Origin: Aplysia californica | Lineage: Eukaryota | Reading direction: 5' to 3' | Length of the DNA stretch: 64,000 nucleotides | Assembly (NCBI RefSeq): GCF_000002075.1 | Contig: NW_004797282.1 | Span: 641,813-705,812, forward strand | In this document: positions 1-12,800 of the stretch, in pieces | Position numbering within the stretch: position 1 is the stretch's first letter | How the letters are laid out: each line of letters starts with the position of its first letter | Program-made: the position numbers and the translations under genes | Notes under the pieces: generated by a model | What the model was told of the DNA's origin: nothing | The model's database searches: none | Seen by the model: only the letters and a program-made list of their open reading frames with translations

Positions 1-843
1 GCAAAGCTCACTTTCAAAGAGCCTTTAGACAGAAACAAAATCACAGGAAAATCTTCCCGTCTTCCCTCCCTCAGGTGCCTCAGGTGGAAAGTTCTTGGCC
101 AGAATAACTGAGATTACTGAATCTAATATGTCACAGCAACCCCCCCCCCCCCCTCGGTGGCTTACAAGTAGCAGTGGGTCTGGTGATGACAGCACAGTGA
201 CACCGGCACACGACTCACGTTCTTATCTGATTCTCTGCTAGAATAGAATTCTGGAGATTGAAATGCTGGAAAAGAAAAGTAACCATACGGAAATGCAAAG
301 CTCACCTGATCCAGCCACACACATTTTCTTTTAACTTTGATCCTGGCCGGTACTTATCTCCGCTGTGGAGGGGTAACATATTAAAACTAAAGAGGGAACT
401 GTACTTTCAACCCTACCATTAATCGAAACATGCCACGATTTATAACACGCCGACAATGTTGTCGGCACACTGGACTCACAGCTGTCGTGGCTATTTAAAC
501 CAGAGCTGACAAATTGTTTTTCCGGTTGAAACTTTCGCATGATCCTTTACTAATCGCTCAAAATACACCGTGTAAAGTCTTTTATGCAATTTATTTTTCT
601 AAATAACATATGTAGGCCAAAAGAGCGTTAATTTCCCAACAATAACGTTTTGAAAAGGAGGCCACGGAGGAAGTAAACATGTACCTAGCTTTACAAGAAA
701 GCAAAATGGCCCCGAGCGATACAAACAAAACAAGCCGATGACCACAACAGCGCTTGGGCTTGGGTTCAAATACTATGTAGATCTAGCACGTGTTACACTT
801 AAAGGATACTATCCCTAAATTAAAAAAAAAATAGTTGTCAGTT

Positions 844-3800
844 ATGCGAAATTCCAGTCTTTTCAGAGCGCTGCACCTCTTAAAATTGTCTAAACAATAC
901 TCCACTGTTGTGGTTCGGAATGAATCTCAGTCGAAACTGTGTGGTGTACCTTCGCTGTCACTTCACGACAGATCCTGGAATTATATGCCGGCGAGATGTA
1001 AAAACAGCCATAGCTTGGAATTAGCTCATCTAAAAAGTAATGGACAGGGTCTTAATTTGGGTGACGATGCTGCACCACTGTTCCAGCCAAAACGTGCCGT
1101 TATTTTAACAAAAATGACTCGGTATGAATACGAGAGGAAATTGTGCGATGGCATGTCTGACAAAGAATTCATGGAGTATGTAAGTTGCCTTTATTTTCAA
1201 CCTCTCTGAGTCTCTCATTTTTTTCAAAAGTTGTAGATCTAGATTTTTAGATCTATATTATTATGAGTTCAGATGCAATTGTCTTTTCTTGGACGGTCCT
1301 ACTGTTTAGTTTTGGGCCACCTCTATTCTCACCCGGAGTGAGAATAGTGCAGGCGAGTCTTGTGGCTATTCTCACCCGGTGCGCGTTCACCAAATTTTGC
1401 GTTCACCCTAAACCACAGAATTCTACACTGTGATAACAGAAAAATTGTAGAATTCTGTGCCGTGAACAAACGTTCCATTACAACTGTAGCCTACTAAAAG
1501 CGTACAATTTTGTCTGTGGGCAGTGGAGAGAGAAAGAGAGAGAGGTGTAGCGCGAGAATTTCCGGGCAAAACAAATGGCGACCCACGTAGTTCGGCTCGA
1601 TTCGAAAAGTTAAATAGCCGTAGCATCTTTGTAGACAACCAAATTAATTTACTTTTGTGTTTTAACATCATTTTTTAACTTTCTTTTGGTCAATTTGATC
1701 GTCCACACCGATAGAGTATGGAAGTGGCTATTCTCATCCGGGGTGAGAATAGAAAAACGATCTACCTCTCACCCCGGGTGAGACTTGCCAGCGTAGGCTA
1801 TTCTCACCCGGTGCGAAACAAGACCTGCTTTTCCTCATTTTGGAATACTGTTTATCGGTGTGGATGATCAAATTGATGAAAGCCAAGAAAAAATTACGTT
1901 ATTAGCACAAAAGTAAGCTAATTTGATCGTCTTCAAAGATGCTATGGCTATTTCACTGTTCGAATCGAGCCGAACTACGCGGGTCGCCATTTTGTTTTGC
2001 CCGGAAGTTCTCGCAAGATCTACTCCTCCCCCCTCTCTCTCTCTCTCTGTCTCTTTCTGAATACTGTCTATCGGTGTGGGCGATCAAATTGACCATAACA
2101 AAGTTTAAAAATGATGTTAAAACACAAAAGTAAATTAATTTGGTTGTCTACAAAGGTGCTACGGCTATTTAACTTTTCGAATCGAGCCGAACTACGCGGG
2201 TCGCCATTTTGTTTTGACCGNNNNNNNNNNNNNNNNNNNNNNNNNNNNNNNNNNNNNNNNNNNNNNNNNNNNNNNNNNNNNNNNNNNNNNNNNNNNNNNN
2301 NNNNNNNNNNNNNNNNNNNNNNNNNNNNNNNNNNNNNNNNNNNNNNNNNNNNNNTGTACGCTTTTAGTAGGCTACAGTTGTAATGGAACGTTTGTTCACG
2401 GCACAGAATTCTACAATTTTTCTGTTATCACAGTGTAGAATTCTGTGGTTTAGGATGAACGCAAAATTTGTTGGCCTAGATCTAGATTCTAGATCTAGGC
2501 TATAATAACGGTGAACGCGCACCGGGTGAGAATAGCCAAAAGACTCGCCTGCACTATTCTCATCACGGGTGAGAATAGAGGTGGCCATAGAGTATTCAGA
2601 AAGAGACCGAGAGAGAGAGAAGAGGGGAGGAGTTGATCTTGCGAGAACTTCCGGGCGGGTGAGAATAGCCACTTTCTTAGTTTTGGCCACCTCTAGACAC
2701 CCAGGTTTTGAAAACTGGTCTCTGGGCACTCATACAAGGGGGTCCAGTCAAGGGATAAATGAACTTGATTTCCCGAAAAAAATTCGCAGTAGCTATTTTT
2801 ATGGCGAGCCGTAAAGATAGCCTCCCAGGCTATTTTTACGGCGTGCCGTAAAGATAGCCTCCCAGTGAGTCCCAGGCTATTTTTACGGCGATCCTCGAAA
2901 AGCGACCCTACCCCGCCTCTCATGTACGCGACATGCCTCAATGTATTAGATCTAGGCCTATAGTAGGGACCGTTCAAAATATAAACTTACACCTCAGAGG
3001 GGAAAGGGTGTCTTTGGCTTCATAATTATAGTCTTTATTCTGGACTTTAAAACAATTCAATGTTTTTATGTTCTTTACTAGGACCTTGTTGTTGTGGGAT
3101 TCTTTCAAATAATAAAATAGATCGCATTTTTTAAGTTTTTGTTTTTTTGTTTTCTGATGTGCTCATATTATTACTGTCCATTTTTACGGGGAACAGCTCA
3201 CCCCAAGGGTGATTCTTTTTCCGATTCATATTTAGGAAAAAAAATTATACGGGCATAAGAAATAATGAAGAAAGTAAATTTTAATAAGTCCGAAAATATG
3301 AAAGTTGCCATGGAATGGAAACAGAACCAACATGCAAAACAAACAATTATTTTTAAAAACCGAAGGCTTCTACCATCTAACAAAATTGCATGAAAATTCA
3401 TGGAATGGTAGATACAGATACTATGGTCAATCGTACTGAGCAAAATTTTGATATTTAAATGAAAAAAAAATATATATGTGTTCCTGTACCCTGAAATTGC
3501 ATCACAATAATTAATAAATTAATCACTGTGAACAACAAAAAAATATTTTACACCTCTATCAAAAATCTGCTCAGTGCAAAGGAAGGAGGAACATTTTATA
3601 TAGGCATTCCCAAGGCGAAAAGTGTTAACTCCAAAATGGCCGCTCTTCTTGTGGGTGTGGTACATAATGTAGTGATGTCTGTGAATGAGATGATGATGCT
3701 GGCAGTGGCAGTGGTGATGGTAATGATAATGACGAGGAGGTGATGGTGGTGGTGATGATAAAGAGAGGGTGAATGATGTTGGTGGGGAGAAGAAGGAAAA

Positions 3801-6800
3801 GGTGGTGGTGGAGGAAGGGAGAAGGAAGATGAAGAAGAGAATAGAATGATGATGGTGAAGAGGAGGAAAGGAAAACCTATGAGGCTGTTCAAATATAATC
3901 TTACACTTTTGGGGACGTTTTTAAAACACAAAACCCAAATACCACTTTTCTCATATTTGCCTCCAACCCTCTTCCACACCAATTCAATTAGTACTTTTTC
4001 CGATCTTCAACTTCCATTATTATTTTAAACATACCTGTAGGCCTACTATACGTGGCGTTTTTTAACCAGCTTGTAAAAAAAAATACCATTTCAGTTAATA
4101 CAATTTAATCAAACCATATGAACTAGAAAGAACGCATAAATATGGAAGACATTGAGACTCTTGTCAATGCAATAGGTACATGCTTTACAAATAAATGACA
4201 TCAAGACATTAAAAGATCAACAAAACAGTTGCAAAGCTACAAAGAAACATTAAGAAATTAGATATCCACCGACAGAATTTTCATCATAATTTCAAAATTA
4301 TTTGCAACCACCCCCCCCCCTTTCCTCTAAAAAACAAAACAAAAACAACAACAACGGGGATCTGCAGTCATCATGCAGATCTGGGTCTTGTCACTGGCAT
4401 TTATCCACTTTTTCTTTTACCTTTTCTTCCCAGTCATGAGCAAAACGTTCATCTCACAGAAGTGTCATATTTGGTTAACCCCCCCCACCCAATCTTACAC
4501 ATTTCTTACAGAAGCCAAAGACACCCTTTCCCCTCTGAGGTGTAAGTTTATATTTTGAACGGCTCCTACTATAGGCCTAGATTAATACATTGAGGCATGT
4601 CGCGTACATGAGAGGCGGAGTAGGGTCGCTTTTCGAGGATCGCCGTAAAAATAGCCTGGGACTCACTGGGAGGCTATCTTTACGGCACGCCGTAAAAATA
4701 GCCACTGCGAAAAAATTTTCTAACAATTTGCCCTTGGAGTTCCAGTTACTCCACAGCACTTCACATAAATGGCTCTCAAAATTGGCTTCGGAAGTACCGT
4801 AAATCTTCCGGAAGTGTTGCTTTGCGTGTGCCCATGCGCCCTCTGTTTGATTTGTGTGGACCTCCACAGTCTCCCCTGTACATCGATTCTGGTACAACTG
4901 ACGGAAGGACCACTTGTGCAAAACAGTAAAATGCTGGTGTCCTTCACTGTTTTGGGAAGAATAAGAGGCCCAACCGTCAGAGTAGATCTGCCGTCGTAAG
5001 GGAAAACGACGAATGGTCCTGCGCAGGTAGCGAGGCAAATTTTTCAGGAGAGGCAAAAACTTGTTTCACTTTATAACTCTTCTATTTTCCACTCTTTTAA
5101 GCTGTAATTCACCAGATATCTGATTGAGATGTTCCTAAAGCAGTTTCTAAAGTTTGAATGGTTTAGGTTAAAAAGTAGCAAAGTTATTCGACATTCGTCG
5201 TTCTCCCTTACACTACGCACCCGCAGGTGAGCCTTGCGATGTAAGCGAAAACGACGAATGGTACGGTTCGTCGTTTTCCCTTACATTCGTGAACGTTTAT
5301 GGGCGTAGGCGATGGTCAGTTTTGACGCATTATTGACAGTAATGACTGTGTACTGGTTACTACAAATAAAAATAAAACGTATACAAACTAGCTATTATGC
5401 GTATAAAGTTAGGTGTTTGTTAGATCCCAACTGTAACTCGGTAAACGTCCTTCGTTTCCCTTCGCCGCTTGATCAAACTACACAGTCAGTGTACAAATCA
5501 GATGTGCACACATTTTCAGCAGCTTGATTTAAACTGTCTCATTCGGAACCAAAGTTTGGTTTCCACGATATCTCTTTACTGTATTCTCTTCAGAAGCGAG
5601 TTTTACTTTTATTTTCGCTAATTGCAAATTTTTCCCTGCCCGACCAAAGGGATCAACAATGTTACAATGTCAATAATACGATCAGATCATTGCAAAATGA
5701 AACTTTCAAGTAAGAAATGTAACAATCTGACAAGACTGTATCACACGCGCTTTCGGGAGAGGTAATGGGACGCTTTGTATGTTAATAAAGGATTCAGCTG
5801 ATCGGAAAACATACCACAAAGTAGAGATCGACTGGAACGGTTTGAATCTGCAAGACATTATTATACTCGATCGTAACGTCCATCAAGTCATAAAAAATCG
5901 TAAAGCAAGACTAAGTGTCGCCACAATGCCTCCACTTTTTAAGTTGGACAAAGAAATTTACTCTCATAACGCAGTGTCATTAATTGCTTGGTAATTCTAT
6001 AATGATGTCGACCAGTGACATGTGCTGGACAAATTGCGGCACTATAGCCATCGTTATGATTTGGGATGTCAAATGACTGGACAGCAAAGTAACATGACGT
6101 TAGTCTGTGAACATCTGGCGGACACTAATATGCAGTGCTAATGAATTTCTCCCTAAATACTGTTTTGACCGTTCCATCCCCACCCCTTTCCCCCTGTTCC
6201 CATCCGTTTTCCCCTCTCTCCCGCCTGCTCTTGTCAATTCACACCATCAGCACTAATACGTGAAGACAGACAGAAAGACACACTAAGAGATACATTCTTA
6301 TAAACCATCGACGGTACTACAGGGGAGGGAGTGGTGGTATGTTTGTTTGTTAAAAAAGCTTAATATGTTTGTACTGACGCAACAGTGATCACTTGTCATT
6401 CGTCGGCCATGACGAATTTGCCCAACGGCAGAGACCAGGGGACAACGCCGAACGAGCAGTGATCCTTGACCGATCGACCATTCGTCGTTCTCCCTTACAC
6501 TGAGCTCTGGCTCGGAGCTCGCCAGTGTAAGGGAAAACGACGAACTCTCAATTACGCAACAACGGATTAAGATATGACTAAAATTTTTACACCATCAGAT
6601 GCAGAATTAAATACTCTATGAAATATGTAAAAATACAAAAATCGACGGCAGAGATAGTTGAACCAGGCTAGACGAACTTTTTAATAATAGGAAGTAAAGC
6701 TGCTTCGTCCCTACTTTCCACTGGGAACAATAAAATGCGATTAGATAAAGATCTTCGTTCCACAATGCCAAAGATCCACACCCTCTTCCCATGTGGCTGC

Positions 6801-9800
6801 CCTTTATTGTATTTGACCTTGGTACCAAACAGAGACTCGTCAATCTCAACTGTGCCACTAAATTTAACAGTCTGGTAAGTTTTGTACACAACTTCAATAA
6901 AAATGTCTCGTACAAAGTTTGCCCAGTCAACACATGTACTCTTATAGTGTAAACCGCTTTCGGATGCACATTTATTTAAAGACAGTCCCAATAAATATGA
7001 TCGAATACAAACCAGGATGTCCCGAATTTCTGCATGCGAACGTTCAAAAAAAGAATACTTACAGTGAATTCATGTTTTTTTTTTGCAACGAAATCTATAA
7101 CAAATGCGTTTGTCACTTCTATAGGAAAGTTTTAAACTACTTGAACACTTGTCACAAGCAAAACTCTCCTCACTTGGAAGAAGTCCAAACTTAATAAGCC
7201 ACAAATAAAACTCTTTGTCCTCTTGCAAAAGAATCAGAAAAAAATTATAAGGATTATAATAAATATCTCCAAGATTAATTGAATCAATATAATCCTTCTT
7301 CACGTTGAAATTACCAGCCATCACAAAAGAACACTTGAATCATAATTAACACGAGGTGCGGCATCAGAACACTCAAAGACAAGAGAACAGAATGAATGCA
7401 AATGCTAGAACTGATTAGATCTAGATTTATGATTAAGAATAATCATTGGACAATTAGTTTTCAAATTGCTCCCTTACCTCATAGGCCTTGATCAGAACTC
7501 TGATTGACCGTTGTCCAAAAACGCTTCTTTTCATTGGTTACTTTGTAAAACAATAAGTTTTCAAACAGTTCACTTACCTCGTATTACGGTAGGCCTAGCC
7601 ACTAATTATAGCCTACCTTAATCTGGACTCTGATTGATCATCTCTCAAGCACTGCTGCTTTTCATTGGATGCACACTGAATCATTACGTAGTTTAGATCT
7701 AAACGGTGGGGCTGGGGGTTCGCACCATGGGTAATCAAAACCCAACCACTGCAGGCTGCTTCACCGCCTCTTTCATTGATTGATTCCAGCAGAGATAAGA
7801 AAAAATGAAACCTGCCCTCTGCTGTGCGCTGTGCTGTTGTCTTTGTTGAAAAACATTAGTGGCGGTGCCTCAACATCAGCGTTAATAGAAACGTGGAGTT
7901 GGTGTAGATTTATGTATGGGAAGTTGGGTCAGCTTCTTTATTACTGTAGATCTACTACTCTCCGGCTTTAGCCCCAAAGCCCCAAGGCTCTAACCCCAAA
8001 GCTCCAATAATCAGCGACTCTACCCCCCTCCCCCTAACTCTTTTTCTTAAATATCTCCACAAAAGTTAAACCATTTAGATCATCTAGTATCTATTTGTCT
8101 TAAAATCCGGTTTGAGTCCCAATACCCCTCTTTGCCTCAGCAATGTTTTCGTCCTTTAATTAAAATTACTTATTTGGTTTAGACCCAGAGTATTTGTAAA
8201 ATTTGTAAAGAGCTGCCCATTATACTATACTCCGGTTTTGGCCCCAGTTCTCTCTTCGCCTTTGTTAATTATTCTTTCTTCGGCATTACTAACTGGAGCT
8301 AAAACCGGAGTATATTATATTACGTTCATTATCATTCGCCGACCCTACGCACCCAGCAACCAACGCCATGCGGCGTTCCCCCTCTCTCTCTCTCTCGCTG
8401 TGCGCCATCCCTCTCGCTCGCCGCGCGTCAGACTTCGTATCGACACGCGCACTGAAAAGTAATCGTTTAGTCGCTCGGTGGAGTCAAAACCCATACTCCA
8501 TAGTAATCATTGGGGCCAAAACCGGATTATCCCAATTTTTTAATCTTTGTTTTTGTCAATTTGATTGTCACACCGATAGAGGGTATTCAGAAAGACAGAG
8601 AGAGAGGAGGAGGAGGAGTGGATCTTGCTAGAACTTACGGGCAAAAACAGTTGTTGGGCTCGATTCGAAAAGGGAAATACCTATGGCATCTTTGTAGACG
8701 ATCAAATTAGCTTACTTTTGTGCTATCGTCATTTTTTCTTTGCTTTTGTCACTTTGATCATCCACACCAACAGACTGTATTCCGAAATTAGGAAAAACAG
8801 GTCTTGTTTCAAACCGGGTGAGAATAGCCGATCGTATTTTTATTCTCACCGCGGGTGAGGATAGCCACTTCTTTAGTTTTAATATGGTCGTAAAGTAGGC
8901 CTACACAATAAGTCTGTGGCTATACTATGGGGCCCTAACGGGCACGGGAGTGTCTTGTTCACACGCAGTTGTGTGCACCAACACATTTTTTTGCTATACG
9001 CACGCAATTCCATGCCATAATACCAAAGATTCTCTACTACCAAAATATTGCAGTTCTACTATGGTCTTTTGTCCCCGTCGTGGCAGGCCCGCCTTGCCGC
9101 TTTAGTTTTAGCGCTTAATGGGTTACGGCACTAACAATACGACTGCTTGGGGTTTGTGTGTGTGTTTGCATGTGTGTGTGTGTGTACAACTTTGTTTGGG
9201 GTGGAAAAGAGAAGATACAGAATGGTGCTGGTACAGGCTAAATTTATGGAATGAGAATTGCTGAGATTGTTAAAAAAGATTCACAAATTAACACACCACG
9301 AAGGTTTGGGGAGGGCACTTTATTTTATCAGCCCACTGTCAAATTTACCTGCCTTTGGTGGCCAGGCGCAGTCTCGCATTGCCCGATGCTTTGTCATAAA
9401 TTTTGAATCGGCGTGGACGGCCGTCATAATCCATTCACCTTGTCGTTATTGTTAGTCACTCCAGTGAATGTTAAGCCCAAAGTTGACCAATGGGTAGGTC
9501 TAACAACAAATTTTCAACTGCTGGTGAGGAAAGCATGATCCATCATAACAATATATATACAAAGCCCCGCTGACAACTCATGCACCAATCGTATTGAGGT
9601 GACTGGTCACTGTTTTTGTTTACCTAATCTGTAACAAAGTAACAATGGACGTTGACGTAAACTTGCGACATAGATTTCAAATTAAGTAGTTATAAATCAA
9701 AATGAGTTTGTGAAAATTGGTTAAGAGAGATTCTATATTTTGCTTTCATTAAGAGAAAAAAGCATAATTGATAAGTTGGGGTCTATGTTCATTTAGTTAA

Positions 9801-12800
9801 TTGTACTACTGGAAGTTTTGACTAAAAATGCTCTCTTGCAAAAAGTCTCAAGAATTTGAGGTAATTACAAACAATTTAAAAGTGATAACACTAAGTAAAT
9901 ACAATATGAATTCTTCATTCAATTTTTTGCTCTTTGTTTCTTCTTTTTAAGCTTGAATCCAAAGACTCTGATTATTTCGGTCTCCTCGAGCGTCACAAGA
10001 ATCACTACTATGCCCTGGATGTTGTGAGAAAGGAACTGCAGTAAGTTGTTGTTGTCTTTAAATCGTTCGTATTACATGAAGTATTTATATTATGTATTGT
10101 TTTGTGTAGAAAGGGAGAGTTGGGGCATATTGAATTGATTTTTAAATAGAAAATATTTATCACCCCCTTAACACACACTACACATGCATATATGATAATT
10201 TTCATCTGTACTTTGCACTTTTTTCATAACTAAACTTCATGTTGAGCTATTGAATTGATGCACAAGAGTATTCACATGGCCTTAGAGCATGCATCAGAAT
10301 AACATTGAGTTACAAACAGAATACTGAGTATGTCTTGTCTAGCTTAACATTATTATTATTTATATATATTATGCGTGTGACTGTAAAACTGTCTGTGTGT
10401 GCATGTTTTTGTGTGTGTATGCGTGTGTGATTGTGTGTATGTGGTGAAACACCAAACCAATTTATGTGCCAGGATCTGGACAATACAAGGCGCACCGGCA
10501 GTGGAATTTTAGTTTGCAGCGGGGCATTCCCAGCCGAGGGCCTTATCACGTCGGGGTAAACAGCAGAAGTCAAATAGTTAAAATAAGTTTGTGTTTTAGC
10601 CTGAAGGATATGATGTTTTTATCTTTCACTTTTCAGATTTGAATAAGTGTTTTGTACTTACTTTTACCTTTTTTTTTTCATCCTCTGTTGTGTCGAGGAG
10701 AGATGCAGTTTTCTATGTTACGCCAGCTCCGCAGCTCTTTCAGTTGTGATATTATGTTTTCTCATGGTTTCGTTGACACCCTCGTCCACCTTTTGCATGG
10801 CCTTCCTCTTCGTTTGTATCCTGAGTGCTTGGTGTTGTAGGCTCTCGAGGCTGACTGGCCAGGTGACATAAGAAACAGGTGGCCAATCCATTTTTATTCT
10901 GTCTTTCTATGTAATGTCGGCAGGACTCAGTGCTGACAGCTGCTCTTACTTCTTCATTTCTCTGCCTGTGTTTTGTATAGGAGCCAATTTGATCACCCCT
11001 TTAATATATTTTCAGGAAGGCAAACATCGAAGCTCGAGTCGTTCAAAGATTTTACCTTGATCGGAGTGCTTTGGATTGGGCTGATGTTGTGTTCACAGCT
11101 GGGGGAGATGGCACGTACTTGTTAGCTGCTAACAAATTTGTCAACACCAGCAAGCCTCTGATTGGCATCAACACAGATCCTGACAGGTGAACACTACCTC
11201 ACAGTGGAACCAACAAATTAGTTAGGTTTAAAAAAAAAAAAATCCTTTCTGATTGATTAAAGGGTTGTGTTATGAACAAATAAAACATATTGAAGAGTTC
11301 AGTTAATTGTTTATTTGTGTCCCTCTTCAGAAAGCCTGATTTATCCCATTGTGGCTCTTAAACTAATGGAGAATTGACAAGCAGCCTATTTAACTGCAAA
11401 AGGGTGGGGAGGGGGATTAGGGGGAGGGGGGTGAACAGGTTTTAGGGATAGCTGATGTTGTTACAGATGAGATGTGGAAAGCTTACTAGGGGTTGCATCA
11501 ACACTGGCTTCCAGTAAACCTGTCACTGTCCCTTCTTGGCAGTTCTACATCTTTATACCTATAATTTTTTTAAACTCTCTATTGTAGACATTGATATCTC
11601 CTTCCACCCCCTACTCCCATAGAAAAACAGACCCGTGTGTTTGTTTTTAAGGAACATTGGGGGGGGGGGGGTAAGAAATTCTTATTATCATGTGCAATGT
11701 GTCTTTAAAGCAGTTACAGTAAACTTTTGAAAATTTTCTTGAATGAAAGCTTGGGCATACCAAAAGTCAATTGTCTCACCAGTAGGAAATGCAACAACCC
11801 CCACCCCTCCCCCCCCCCCCCCCACCCCCGTTCCTCTGCACTTCAGAGCTAGCATTGTCATTGCTCCAGTTTTACTGCCTTCCATCCAGTTTTGTCATAA
11901 TTGTTAATTGACTGAGGGTTCATTCAAGCTAAATATAGATTTTTCCTCAGAGTGGGTAGTTATTGCCTTTAAAATGATTAGTGTCTTTTCTGTTTCTAAT
12001 AATAGCTGTAAAACTGATTTGGATTATAATCAAAAGAAATTTTTGTTGTTGTTCAGTAATTTATTTCGCCTGCTACTCTTTGTTGGTTAGATCTGAGGGT
12101 CACCTTTGCTTACCCAAATGTGAGTACAATGCTGTCAAGTTTGGGGATGCTCTGAAGCGGCTTTTGAAAGGAGACTTTGGGTAAGCTCAGAACTTTCTTG
12201 TCTGTATGAGTGTTTTGAACACACTTTGTTTATAACTACTGAAAAGAAATATTTGTCCACCGAATATAGGTATATGTTCCCTTCAACTTGGTTACGTAAC
12301 AGCAACATACACAATGTTATTCTTTCTTTGGTAAACTTAGTTTATTTGAAGGAATTACGTATTATGTCACTGAAGTTATTTTTTTAATGACTGGATCTTA
12401 ATTTTTTAAAACTCTACTGTTAACTAAGCCAGTGGTCAAAAGACTTACTACCTCATGAAGGACACCATGGATTGCTCCATTCCTACGGCTACTTTGCTTC
12501 CCAATTATCTGCAAATATATAATGTGAAAATGGAGAGGATCATTGTTCATTGTGTTTAGGAAAGGAAGTGGGAGAGGGCGGGGGGTGGGGGTGGTATTTT
12601 TTAGCTGAAATGTCCTTTTATATTATCTTTGTACAGGTTGTCATTAAGTTTTAGGCAATTGATCCTTTTTAATTGTTTATGTTAAGTTTTTTGTCATGAA
12701 AACAAGGAAAATTCTTTAATATTTCATTGTATCAGGAAGCAACGTCCCTGCATTCCGGACATGTCGATTGATGTTCCCTTGCTCTCTCCAAAATGCCGCT

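Larger units (their letters stand above)
2694..7321 (-). pseudogene. Merlin / IS1016 (ISXO2-like, IS1595 family) DDE transposase, decayed and split into three pieces
   Basis: Pieces 7321-6652, 4987-4710 and 2784-~2694. N-terminal Zn-ribbon (CDKC..RFRC), then VEIDESLFG, KYNKG, WIFGIVER, STIYSDGWASY, HFTVLH, VHTNQTEGAWAHAK and ENFFREIKFIYPLTGPP. Frameshift(s) near 7070-6990 and a TAG at 6668-6670. Confidence 0.9.

Noticed and set aside
2785-2900. CRISPR-like palindromic repeats
   Set aside because: TIR subunits with no unique spacers, in a eukaryotic context with no cas genes
3596-3982. His/Pro/Ser-rich 128-aa ORF
   Set aside because: Translation of a simple repeat inside a non-autonomous element
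4577-7324. Bacterial IS1595 contamination or horizontal transfer
   Set aside because: Lies inside an intron of a spliced gene, is interrupted by eukaryotic TEs, and is explained by the Merlin superfamily
10465-10575. GC-rich intronic patch, possible structured RNA
   Set aside because: No diagnostic boxes or convincing fold by eye; would need an Rfam/Infernal search
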